Of a DNA stretch of 58,979 nt, positions 13,051-25,404 are shown one piece after another. The stretch is taken from NCBI GenBank assembly GCA_032718475.1, contig JAUCBJ010007968.1, positions 1 to 58,979 of the forward strand. Reading direction: 5' to 3'. Both the position numbers and the translations under genes were made by a program. The DNA comes from Nemertoderma westbladi. Its lineage: Eukaryota > Animalia > Xenacoelomorpha. The notes below the pieces were generated by a model. That model did no database searches. It saw nothing but the letters and a program-made list of their open reading frames with translations, and was not told the DNA's origin. The stretch's first letter is position 1. Each line of letters begins with the position of its first letter.

Positions 13051-14300
13051 TGTCTGATTCTGGATTGTTTCTGGATTATATAGTAGTAAAGCAGTAAAGG
13101 TTCAATAAGTCGGTCTCCCCACTCCGCGGAAATCAGCAGTGCGGAGGGCCAATACTGCAATAGGCAACCGAATGCCGTGCGACAACGAAGTCTCGAGTTC
13201 GTTACCTTACCCGGTCTGCCGGTACCGGTTACTATCGAAGATGTAGGCTAAGTTTATAGATTCCAGATTCCGGGCATTGGCATCGGGGTATACCAGTATA
13301 CCGGTACACTGGTATAGCGGTACCAATTCTGAATTGAATTAGAACTACTGAACTATACTATACCAGTATACTGCTGTACACTACTACTGCTACAGGCCTG
13401 AAAACAATGCAGAAAGACTCTTTTTGTCAGCTTGTCCAGTTCAGCAGTTGTCCTATTGTCGGACAGTGCTGTCTGACTGTAGTACAGAGTACAGTAGTAC
13501 CGGTAGGTGGTAAGGCAGTAAGGGTAGGCCTACCCTTTTTGTATTGTTGTCAAGGCAGCAAGGCTGCAAGGACTACTATCAGACTATGGCTGTATGGGTG
13601 TAATGTCTGAATGTTGTAGCAGACTGTATAGTAACTGCAGTAACTGGCCCTCAATAGGCTTCCTGGAAAACAGCAACAGCGCAACAGCACAACAGCGCAA
13701 CGGCACAACAGCTCTATAACCAATGGGCAGCAATGGCGCAACAGCGCAACAACCTAAGATTGGTTTATACATTCCACTCTAATTCCATTGGCTTGTACAT
13801 TCTGTTGCGTTCTATGGCATTCCATTTCTGTAGCGCTGATGGCGCAACAGAGTAATAAATAATGCAAGGTAATGCACGTTCTAAAAGGGATGCGACCTAT
13901 AACAATCCTAGTACCAATATGGAACTCACTTCCCAGTGACGTTATCGAATCAGTAAGTGTTAAGTCCTTTTGTGACAAACTTAAAACTTGTAATTTATTA
14001 GAACATTGCCATTTCAATAGATTCGATTAATTAGGACGCATGATCATTCATTTATTTTTAGTTTCTACTCAGTATGCCTAAAGTTTTGTCCTTATAAAAC
14101 ATAAAATGATTTTTATAGAAGAGTGAACAGTTATTGATGGCGTGTGGTTATTTGTAATTATTGCTGTTTCTAATTCAGTGTATTTAAATGTAAATTGTTG
14201 ATTTCGTTAGTTATTTGTTTTATTTTATAATTTTAATAAAAAGAGAGTTCAATTCAATTCAATCCAATGCAGAGATATACCGAGCTAAAACCGTCCTATA

Positions 14301-14709
14301 TGTGACAGGATCCGAGAATCCTGATTTATCCGGTGTCTTATCTACGCGCCCCCGCCGTGTGTGTGTGAAAAAGTGTTCTGGGGTTGTTGACTGATCGGTA
14401 TGTATAAATATAGAATATAATATAGAATCAGAATTAGATATAACACAGTTGATTGATGACTGACCAAGTGTACCGGTAAAATAGCTGAATAATGGTGGTG
14501 GCAGTAGACGGAGACGGTGATAAGAGTTCCGGTACTGCCCTAACTAACTGACTTACTAGAGTGAATGAAATGACACAATAACTGGTAATATATTGCACTA
14601 GTTGGCCGTATTACATTACTCAGTGGATGCCTTCCCCCCATTGGCTAATAACTCACTTCACGCCATCCCATCTCTCTGGGAGTGCTTCCCCTGCTACTGT
14701 CACTCTCTC
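14301..14709 (-). repeat. Left half of the 3' LTR of element B (right half at 21892-22077)
   Basis: Starts TGTGACAGGATCCGAG and aligns, diverged, to the 14710 LTR up to ...GGGAGTGCTTCCCC...CTCTCTC. Confidence 0.75.
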
Positions 14710-15268
14710 TGTGACGGGATCCGAGGATCCCGGTTTATCCAGTGTTGTTTATGTACGCGTCAGCCGCACCGTGTGATGGAAAAAGAGTTTGTTGTTGTTC
14801 CAATATTTGATACATAAATAATATAGATGATAGCAGATAATGACAGAATGAGATAACACAGTACTGACCGGTAAAATAGGATAACTATTGGTGACGGCGG
14901 TGACGGTCTTAAACTATCACCGTACTGCCGTGACTGTACTGAGATAACTGAAGTGAATAACTAAACATCAACCGGTAATATACTCTAGGTTGGCCGTATT
15001 ACTCAGCTGATGCCCTGCTGTCCCCCCATTGGCTAGTAACCTAATTCTCGCCCTGAACTTTGTGGGAGTGTTTCCCCCCCCCCCCCCCCCCCCGCTGCTG
15101 TTACTCTCTCTCCTTGACCTCTAACCTCTATTGTCTGAGGCCCTTTGGGGTTTGTCGTCCCCGCTTATTGGGGTGACACGAGGTTGATTGGTAATCAACC
15201 TCGTGCTCCCAATATTGCTTAAAGCCAACTTTGTGTGGGCCTGGTTAGCGGAATTGAATACGCTAACA
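14710..15268 (-). repeat. 3' LTR of element A (~560 bp, TG...CA)
   Basis: TGTGACGGGATCCGAGG...AATACGCTAACA; adjacent minus-strand PPT GGGGGGGGAG. Confidence 0.9.
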
Positions 15269-16379
15269 CTCCCCCCCCATGGTATCTTCCCGGTGAGAAG
15301 ATAGCATCCACCTTTAGTGCGCTACAATTCCGCTGGATCCCGATCTACTATCGGGTGTGGGGTGGAACTATTTTCTTCGGAGCCGGCTTTCCAGGCCGCT
15401 CCCTATGGGTATGATATCGCTACCCCGTTTTCCTGGCGTCCTGTGTCGGGCCGATCGTGACTTCCTCTCACACGACTTTTGTTTCCCCAACACTTTCACC
15501 GCTAACTCCGCTCCACTTTCACCCTAACTCTTCCATACTCTCGGACCTCCTCATCCCTCACTCTGCCTCTTGCTTCTCCCCCCCACACTTGAATTGCACC
15601 CGCATTCTCTCCGCGCGCCTCCACACCACCTCTCGCTAACTCTCTTGCGTTCTCATCTCACACTCTTCTCACATTCCCCTCATACTCCTCTCATACTCCT
15701 CACTCTTCACGCCTGTGGTCCCATCAAGTGCCCCTCCTACTCATATCCCGGTAGTGCCTATCTGCACGATTCTTATCCAGCAGGATACGAGCTTTCACAA
15801 TAAATCCTGAACTCCGCCCTGTTGTTTAATGACCACGCACTTATCGGGTCCCACGCATGTGCGCTCATGTTACTGGGAGCCGTCTAAGTCCCGTCCTGTC
15901 GCCCTAGTCAATTAGTCCCCAGTCCCAGTAGCTAATTGGAAAAAGGTTGTGCTTGACTACGGTACATACTGTATAATATATATACGAATATTATATAATT
16001 ATTATAAGATTATAATTATTGTTATTATATATATTATATTATAAGCTCGTCTACATAACGCGTTTCATTCATACTACTCACTACTCTCTCTTCACCTTCC
16101 TCGCCTGGCGACTTCTTCCAGTCGCTTCCCCTCAAGTCTATCTGCTTCCGGCTTCTCCCACCTCTGATATGTGTATCCACCTCCCTGTCTACTAGATGCC
16201 GGCTGTTGTATTACACCGACTCGCCCTCCAGCCCCGGGTGGTCTACCAGACCTCCGAAGGCCCTTCTGTAGTTTTGAGGTGATCCTGATATTCTTAACTT
16301 TTATTTTTAATTTTGTCTTACCCATGTTCCCCCTGTCTGCGCTATTATCCTATCTGCCCTTTCTAGCTACTACTTCTAC

Positions 16380-17400
16380 GGTATCTACTCTCTTACTGCT
16401 AACTCTACTGATTCCACTAGTTCTACTAACTCTGCTAACTAGCTCTACTAACTCTACTCCACTAGCTCTACTAACTCTACTCCACTAGCTCTACTAACTC
16501 CTTAGCTCTCTAACTCTATTGACTAGCTCTACTAACTCTACTCCACTAGCTCTACTAACTCCTTAGCTCTCTAACTCTATTGACTAGCTCTACTAACTCT
16601 ACTCCACTAGCTCTACTAACTCCCTAGCTCTCTAACTCTACTGACTAGCTCTACTAACTATACTCCACTAGCTCTACTAACTCCTTCGCTCTCTAACTCT
16701 ACTGACTAGCTCTACTAACTCTACTCTACTAGCTCTACTAACTCCCTAGCTCTCTACTGACTCTCTAACTTCTACTAACTCTCTACCTCTACTAACTCTC
16801 CAACTCTCTAAATTTCTACTTCTGCCAACTCTACTGACTCTCTACCTCTGCTAACTCTACTAACTTTCTAACTAACGGTACTACGTACCCTCTTACTACT
16901 CTTACTAACTCCTCTAACTATCGGTACTACGTACCCTCTTACTACCCCTACTAACTCCTCTAGCTAAAGGTACTACGTACACTCTTACTACCCCTACTAA
17001 CTCCTCTAGCTAACGGTACTACGTACCCTCTTCCTCTACATCTACTCCCTCTACTCTATCTACATCTTCTCCTCTACTCCTACCTTATCTTACGTCTCCT
17101 CGCCTGCACGTGACGCTCTGAGTGCCGGCAAAGTGGGTATGTTAATTATGTGAACTACTACTAACTCTTACTAACCGGTACTACGTACCCTCTTACTAAC
17201 CTCTAACTCCACTAACTCTTACTAACCGGTACTACGTACCCTCTTACTAACTCTACTACCTCCACTAACTCTCTCCGGCTGCCCACTAACCACTACTACT
17301 ACTACCTCTACCCTTGCTAACCACTCTAACTCTACTACCTCCATCTACGTGACGCTTCGGTGCCCACAACCACTCTTACTACTACCTCTACTCTACATAA
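16380..17400. repeat. Low-complexity CTACTAACT / GGTACTACGTACCCTCTTACTA tandem arrays inside element A
   Basis: Repeated CTAGCTCTACTAACTCTACTCCA units; the GGTACTACGTACCCTCTTACTA motif is shared with 25010-25290. Confidence 0.85.
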
Positions 17401-18422
17401 CTCTCTTGTGCCCGGCACCTCTTCGTGCCCGGCACCCACCCTAATTAACATACCCTGCTCTTACATCAAACACGTCATCACGCCCGTGCCCTACTTATTT
17501 CAACGCACCCCCTGTACCCTTCTCATCTCTCCCATCTTTCTCCCTCTAGCTCACCCTACTTGTTCTCCCTACGTTCTTGGTTGTTTATACTGCGGATATT
17601 TGTAATGGGGGAATGTCACCCTGTCCCCCCCCCCCCCCCACCGGTGTTATGTTTGGTACTGGGGCTGATGTTAATATATTGGGGCCCATCCATCTATCTG
17701 CAATATCCCCCTCAACCGGGTATTTGCATATATTGTTCTTGGTTGTTTTATTGCTATCCGCAATATCCCCGTCAACCGGGTTTTGTTTGTCCCTGGATAT
17801 TATAGTCATGCTGCTGTGCTGGTACCGGTATAGGCCTATCCACTCCTGGCCTACCTGCCGGTATGTACTCCGCGACTTCCGGGTTTAATCCCGTCGTCCG
17901 CGCTACCCTATCGCCTACATTATCTCTCCCAGCATGGCCTATGGTATGTGCAGTAAGGCCTACAGCATGTCCTGCAGTCTGTATGTGTCGCTCTGGATCA
18001 AAGTTTAACCTTCTCGAATAATCCTCCCCGCGGCTACCGTATTCTCGATCGGTAGGTATATCCCGTCAGGAAGTTTCTCTTCGACCCCCTCTACTGCTCT
18101 CGACTTTGTATCGGTACACTCTGTACCACTCTCCTGGCGTGCGGTGTGTTTCTCCGGGGCGACGGCAATCTCCCGGAGTTCGACCCCACTGACTCCCTAA
18201 CTCCATCTCTACTCCACCACTCTCCATCGCCGGGCACCGCGGCTCACCCAACTCGCCCCGCGCACTATCCGCCGACGCTTGTGGGAAATTCTCTGCCCTC
18301 CCTCTCTCGCCACTAATCTTCCGTGGTGGGGCGCCCGTAGCCCCCCCCCCCCCCACTTGCCACATCTTACTTCACTATCTCCTACTTCACTTCTATACCC
18401 CTCTCTAGTCGACGCACTGTCT

Positions 18423-19807
18423 CTACTGCGGCTGGGTCGATTCACCCCCGACCTCTCTCTCTACTACTGCGTGGCCTACCAGGCCCACCTCGGGTTGACT
18501 CAACCCCTCCACTCCCTGCCTACTAACTACGTTGCCTTGCAGGCTACCGTTGGCCGGACCATCTGTGTCTACATTAGTATTAATAGCCCCGTTATCAATA
18601 TTATTATTTAAATTAGAATTATTATTATTTTCTAAATTTAAATTATTATTCGAATTATTTGGATTTAAATTATTATTTAGATTATTCGTATTTAAATCAC
18701 CGGGTAAAATACTATTTCCTGTAATAAAGGTATTAGGGTTATTTACTACGGTACTATTAATATTAACGTTCCCTAATCTATTGTTATTACCCCCCCCCTC
18801 CCCGCCCTTACGGTTACACCAGTCTCGGGTCTGTCGTCCGGTCCCTGTAAGTGGGGTATTAGCAAACGTTTCTCTCTCTCCATCCTCCCGCAGACTTTGC
18901 TCGGCCAACTCTGTCTCTCTCGCAACCCTCTCAAGCCACCTCGCCTCGCACTCTTTACACTCGCTCGCCCTTCTCGCCTCACGCTCTTTACGCTGACACG
19001 CCAGATTTATTTCTGACACCCTTCTTTCTTTTGCGGAGGATGTAGCAGACTTATCGGTTGCGACGGACTCCCGTCGCCCCTCCGTCCTACTAACTTTCCC
19101 CCGCTTTCCGGGGTTCTCGCTGACCGACGAGACCGAATCCTCGGAGTTAACCTCGGATTCGCCCTCGTGTGGTCCCGCCCAACCCACTAACTTAACTCCC
19201 CTGGCATCAACTAAGTATGGCCCTATGTACACTACACCAGGCTCCATACCCCTACATCCCCACAGTTCAAACAGTTCGCTGGCAACCCCTCTCGCTCTCT
19301 CATCGGCTAGTTCTCCCTGCCCAAAGCGCACTAAGCAATCAAAATGTTTATTCGACTCACCTAGCCGCTTCTCTAGCTTCACCTGGTCCAGTCTCTCGCT
19401 CCCTCCTTAGCTTCCTTTATCTGCCTTCTCGTCGCGTTGTAGGCCCGTCGGAGCCGGTCGCTGACTCCGACGTCCTCGTCGCCGACATCCCCTCTTTCTC
19501 TCCGCTGTCCGGCGTCGTACCAGGCGGCCCCACCGTCGCCGTTCCGGTGGGCCGTCCGTCGCCCTCGGCCTGTGGCTGGCCAGCGACATCGGTACGTAGA
19601 TCGCCGTCGTGCGTCGACTCGTCTCTTCCTTCTCTCGACTCGTCTCTCCCTTCCTCGTTGTAGACGGCCCCCCTCCGCTTGGATTGCCGGGTCGTTCGTC
19701 GTCGACGAATCCGGCCTCGTGGGTCGATACCGTCTCGCCGTGGCCTCACGGATCGTTAGGTCATCGTCCGGGGTCCGCGGCGGTGTCGTCTCTCTTTCTC
19801 GACTCAT
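18423..19807 (-). pseudogene. 5' ORF region of element A, probably the N-terminal extension of gag (ORFs 19807-19379 and 19382-18423)
   Basis: Begins just inside the 5' LTR; coiled-coil-like and Asn-rich; lies upstream of sequence homologous to the region preceding the gag core of element B. Confidence 0.5.
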
Positions 19808-20169
19808 CTTTGGTCTTCTGTTTGGCAGTCACAGTTCGTCTTGGGCAGTCCTTAGAGTTTAAGACTCTAAGAATGTGAGTTTAAGACTGTGACGGGATCC
19901 GAGGATCCTGGTTTATCCGGTGTTGTTTATGTACGCGTCAGCCACACCGTGTGATGGAAAAAGAGTTTGTTGTTGTTCCAATATTTGATACATAAATAAT
20001 ATAGATGATAGCAGATAATGACAGAATGAGATAACACATTACTGACCGGTAAAATAGGATAACAATTGGTGACGGCGGTGACGGTCTTAAACTGTCACCG
20101 TACTGCCGTGACTGTACTGAGATAAATGAAGTGAATAACTAAACATCAACCGGTAATATACTCTAGGTT

Positions 20170-21613
20170 TAATCGAAAAGCGACTCCGAGGTCTCGTTTC
20201 CAAACGAATACCCCCCGAACAGTACGGCTTCAGTACCAGGAAATCTACCTCAATGCCTCTAAGTCAGTTTATTAATAAAATTCATAGCAATTTGTCATAC
20301 CCTCGAAAACCATTGTATGCGGTTTATGTCGATTTCCGCAAAGCTTTTGATTCGGTCCCCAGGTCTAAACTACTCTTAAAGTTATGGTTTGATTTTAATA
20401 TTCGTGGTTCACTTTTTAACATCATTAAATCGATTTTAAGTCCTAATTATATAGTAATTTCAGATGGCCTCCGTAATTCTAGAATTATAAAACAAGTGCG
20501 TGGGGTTTTACAAGGAGACAGCTTGAGCCCTTTCCTGTTCGTAATTTTTATTTACGATATTGTGAAGTTTATACGTGATATTACCGTCAAGATTGGGGAA
20601 TTATTTATATTATTATTTGCGGATGATTTGCTATTTTATGGCGACTCCCGTGAGGTAGTGCAAGCTGGTTTAAATGCAACTGCTAATTGGGCCCGGGAAA
20701 ACGGTCTTGAAGTAAATCTTACAAAGACTTCCGTAATGAAATTTAGGAGAGGTGGCCGACTGTCCGCTCAGGATAAATTTTTCTACAACGGAAACGAGGT
20801 GAAAATAGAAAAGTCTTATAAATATTTGGGAGTCACATTTCACATCCGTCCTTGAAATTCACAAAGCACATAAATATAATAGTCTGCAAATCACTTTCCA
20901 CAATACGGTCAATCCAGAAACCACATCTACTATCTATTAGCACAGCTAAAAAGCTTTTTTCCTTAAAAGTAACACCGATAGTTATGTATGGACTTCGCGA
21001 AATTTGGCCTTTCTTGTCAGTCAACAACCTTCATAGTATCGATAAAATCCAAGCTGCTTTCCTCAAAAGAGTACTTTCAGTTCACAAATCGTCTAGGAAT
21101 CGGCTAGTTCACGCTCTCTGTGATTCGCGAAATCTTTCTATGGTACTTAAAGGTCAACTAAATTTAACAGACACGGATGTATTCAAAAAATACACCGCTG
21201 AAGTCGAAGACAAAACTCGTGAAATCCCAGTAGAGTTCTGGAACAGTATCGCGTTCATAAATCGCAGTTGGACAATCGCAAATTGTCGTAAGAGGCACAC
21301 CATAACCCGCTTTGCTCTTCACGGTTTCCATTTCCGAATTTGTACATCCAGACCCACAGAATTTCATGAGGCGGGGAATGACTGTGTATGTAGTCTCTGC
21401 GGGAGGCCGGCGGACACGTACCATCTCCTTAGTTGCCCGAGCAACCACCACCCCCTTACGTACTGGGCCAACAAACTCTGATTTAAAATTGTTTTATAAC
21501 TGTGTAAATATTTTATTATTTATGTATAGTATATTTGGATTTTACTGCTTGCTTGCTTAATGCTTATATAGTTTTACAATCGTACCATTATTTTGGTTTA
21601 ATAAATAACAATT
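20170..21613 (+). mobile_element. 5'-truncated non-LTR retrotransposon (LINE) with 14 bp TSD
   Basis: TSD ATATACTCTAGGTT at 20156-20169 and 21614-21627 (single copy in the other LTR); AATAAA at the 3' end. Confidence 0.93.
20253..21481 (+). pseudogene. LINE ORF2 reverse transcriptase with C-terminal CCHC, frameshift near 20850
   Basis: VDFRKAFDSV, GVLQGDSLSPFLF, LLFADD, YKYLGV; CSLC...H...C near the C-terminus. Confidence 0.92.
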
Positions 21614-22234
21614 ATATACTCTAGGTTGGCCGTATTATTCAGCTGATGCCCTGCTGTCCCCCCATTGGCTAGTAACCTAATTCTCGCCCTGAACTTTGTG
21701 GGAGTGTTTCCCCCCCACTGCTGTTACTCTCTCTCCTTGACCTCTAACCTCTATTGTCTGAGGCCCTTTGGGGTTTGTCGTCCCCGCTTATTGGGGTGAC
21801 ATGAAGTTGATTGGTAATCAACCTCGTGCTCCCAATATTGCTTAAAGCCAACTTTGTATGGGCCTGGTTAGCGGAATTGAATACGCTAACACTACTCTCC
21901 CTCCCGGAGGTGTAACCTCTGACCCCCGCTGTGTGTGTGTTCCTTTGGGGTTTGTCGCCCCTTTTATTGGGGTGATACGAGGTTGATTGGCAATCAACCT
22001 CGTACTCCCAATATTGCTTAAAGGCCCCGCTTGGCCAACTTTGTGTGGGGTGGTTAGCGGAATTTAATACGCTAACACTCCCCGCCATGCTATCTTCCCG
22101 GTGAGAAGATAGCATCCACCTCTAGTGCGCTACAATTCCGCTGGATCCCGATCTACTATCGGGTGTGGGGTGGTATTATTTTTTTCGGAGCCGGCTTTCC
22201 AGGCTGCTTCCTATGGGTATGCTACATCGAAGTT

Positions 22235-24801
22235 CTAGTTCGTTCCACCTGACTTTGGGAACCATCTCAACTCTTTCCCTCTGTCGTCCTCCTCCCTTGG
22301 TCGTTTACTGGCCTCTGCCGCTCCTTTGGTCTTATCTCCCTTCAGGCTCCTGACCCTCGCCGTCACCTCTCTACTAATCCTGGTTGTCGACTCCTTGGGC
22401 GCTGGTGTTATTAGCTCCCGGTATCGCTTCACGGGTGGCCCCTCCGAGTGGCCCTGTTGTCTCCCCCTGGTGGCATCCCATAGGATCACTTTCATTGCCC
22501 GCGGCACATGCTCCGCCAAGAAATCTCTGAACTCCCCTCTGTTCTGTGGCGTCCACCTGTCCAAATACCTCTGCGTATTTATCACCCCGACATACGACGC
22601 CGCCGTCGCTACCTCCTGGTAGGTAAACGGAAGTCTCCGTTTGATAATCTCCAAGTGGGCCTCCTGGTTGATATTAAAGAAGCCCCACCGGAACTCCTGG
22701 GCCTTCATACGTTGCCGAGTCATGGCCCCGACGTCGGCCCACTCCTCGAAGATCCTAAACTTCTCTTCGTCGTCCATCTAGTCGCACTGGCGTCCGTAGT
22801 GCCCCCGGAAGTTGCACTTCGAACACCGGTTGTGCAACCGTGGACATGCCCCCATCCTGTGGCTCGACTCGCGGCAGTAGAGACAACTAGCCCTTTCTGG
22901 AACCGGTACAAACAGCTCATTTCCTGGTGGGTCTGTCTCCCACAGTAATCACAGCCGAGCACCAATGCCTCCCGCCCCACGTCGTCTTTCATCCCAAGCG
23001 ATCTCCACGGTCTGTGGAGTCGCTGGTAAGCGGACTTCTGGACGTTAGCGTCCCTGTCCACGTCGATCTCCTCGCCCCTCCCGGGCATCGTCTCCCTGAA
23101 TACTACCCGTGGTGCCGTTCCTGGTTGCTCGCCCAACCTGATGGTGCTCCCTGCGAAATCCATCGCCGGCTCCTCATGCACCCAGGCCCGCTTGCCGGGT
23201 TTATCCCAGAAGGCCCTCGCCCCACTGGCCATCACCACCCTCCCGCCAACCCAGTCCGTGTCCGAGTGGCCGATCCTCCCGATGGGCGGCATCTCTCCGA
23301 ACTCGTCGTCATCCTCGTCCTCCTCTGGGAGTGGCTTCAACCCCGGTATCCCGGTGGACCCACTATGTCCCTTCCCGCCTTGGCTCTCGCCCATGACTTT
23401 CCACCCTTCCAGCTCCCCTAGCCTCCTTAGCGGGTGATCACCCTTGGCGCCCGCTGGTATGGGCGTCGTCTGCAATCCCGATGTCGACTGTTTCGGTGAT
23501 CCCACTGTCCACCATAATTCTCGCCCTAGAGACTTCCCCGAACTCCCTGATGACGTCCAGCGAAGTTTGTCTAAGGCCGCCTGTTCCTCGAAGCCGTAGC
23601 TCTGCGCCCTAGCTTCCTCCTCCCTTTCTTCTGCTTCTCTCCTCTCCTGTCTAGCGATTTCTTCCAATCGCTTCGCTTCTCGTCTATCCGCCTCTAGCTG
23701 CTCTCATCTCTGATATGGCGTATCTACCTCCCCGTCTACCAGATGTCGGCAGTTATAGTACACTGACTCGCCCTTCAGCCCCGGGTGGTCTACCAGACCC
23801 TCGAAAGCCGCCTTGAAGGCTCTTCTGTAGCTTAGGGGTGATCCCGATAATAGGAATGCCGTTGGTTCCCTCTCGATAACCACGGTCATGAATAGGTTAA
23901 GCAAACCCATCATTATCCAGTCCTCCTGTAGGATATATCACTTCTGATATACCTTTATCGTTCCTCTCCGGAATTGATACACCTCTTGTTTCCCCGGTCT
24001 CGCTTCCCACTTCAGCGAGTTTGCCAAGTCCGCTCCGTACTCCTCTCTAAACTTACTCCAGTCCATTGGTTTGTGACACACGAGCCCCATTAGCTGGCCC
24101 ATCACCACCGCTCCACAATGGCCTGAGTTCTACACTAGTCCCAACCCGTCTGGTGCTGTCATAGCCATGTAGACCGTCTGCATATCCAGAATGTTGGGGG
24201 TGTCCGGACCGATGATTCTCTCCGCATCGTCGCGGATCGCCGATCCCACTTTCGTCGTCGACTTCTCTCTCACTAAGGTTTGCACCGCCTTCGGCAACCG
24301 CTTCAACTTCGGCCCGTCCTTCTTTCCATACGTCCCTAGATCGAATTGGAATATATCCCCATTTGGCGCGGCCAAATGTAGGAGTATGGTTCTGGCCGAC
24401 CCTGCCGATCCTCTCCTCGAACCCTCCTCGTCTTCCACGGTCCCTTCATCGTCTAGGACCATGTATCCTCCTCTGCTGACGGACTCTACGAACCTCTTCC
24501 AATCTTTTCTCGGTGGCTCTTTTGCGTACTTCGGAATCCTGAACTTCGCTTCGTCTCCTTTCACCACGTAGTGGAAATGCTCGAAGATCGCATTGTCCAG
24601 CGACGGCGTCCCGTAGGTCCCGACCAGCCGCTGTTCGTGTACCTCCCTGAAATGGTCCTATAGCGCTCGCGCTTTGTGACCTCTCTCTAACCGCTCGTAG
24701 TATGCCCTCGTCTTCTCTTCTGGATGCCTCTCGGTGAAATCCACCAGTATCTCCTTTCCTCCTAACTCCGCCTTTCTCTTCCTGACCAGTTTCTCCGCCA
24801 T
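22235..24801 (-). pseudogene. ORF3 of element B (~855 codons): DEDDy 3'-5' exonuclease, coiled coil, three CCHC zinc knuckles; five in-frame stops and one frameshift
   Basis: ATG at 24801 is in frame with ORFs 24567-24130, 23913-23704 and 23667 onward. Motifs MVLDDEG, LLHLAAPNGDIFQFDL, LP..VQTLV....TKVGSAIRDD, LDMQ, YILQED. Knuckles CDYCGRQTHQEMSC, CLYCRESSHRMGAC, CSKCNFRGHYGRQC. Confidence 0.8.
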
Positions 24802-25009
24802 TTCGAACTCACTCACTCGCTCACCTGTAAGGTGGTGCCTTGCTAAGGCGCAGTACAGATGAGTGATAAGATTAGGATGGTTTATTCAATTCGACAATGT
24901 CCTACTTCTCACAGAATTCTAAGTTATAGCCTAATTTTTGCTATTTAATTTCTAAAACTACCAAATTGTACTTCAAATTGTAATTTGGTCCGTTACTTTA
25001 ATTATGTTC

Positions 25010-25290
25010 CTCTTACTAACCTCTAACTAATTATCTAACTAACGGTACTAAGTACCCTCTTACTACTAACTAACTATCTCTCAACTAACGGTACTACGTA
25101 CCCTCTTACTACCAACTAACTATCTAACTAACAGTACTACGTACCCTCTTACTACTTCTAACTATCTAACTACCTCTTACTACTAACTAACTATCTAACT
25201 AATGGTACTACGTACCCTCTTACTACTAACTAACTATCTAACTAACAGTACTACATACCCTCTTACTACTTCTAACTATCTAACTATCTG
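25010..25290. repeat. Tandem-repeat spacer between pol and ORF3
   Basis: TAACGGTACTACGTACCCTCTTACTACTAACTAACTATC repeated about 5 times. Confidence 0.85.
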
Positions 25291-25404
25291 CCTACTTACT
25301 CTTTCTTTATTTACTTATTTTTTTATTTTAATGTGTGGGAAGGGCGTCTCGCCCTCAATCCCACCCCCCTCAGTCCAAAACTTGGACGACTAAACTCAAC
25401 TCTA

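Larger units (their letters stand above)
14710..21891 (-). mobile_element. Element A: non-autonomous, internally deleted BEL/Pao relative with two near-identical LTRs, nested in the LTR of element B
   Basis: LTRs 14710-15268 and 19888-21891; PPT at 15269-15278; internal homology to B (17590-17938 vs 30690-30980; 16092-16270 vs ORF3 ~23650-23830; shared spacer repeat); no RT or integrase. Confidence 0.8.
19888..21891 (-). repeat. 5' LTR of element A, interrupted by a LINE
   Basis: Near-identical to 14710-15268 once 20170-21627 is removed. Confidence 0.9.
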
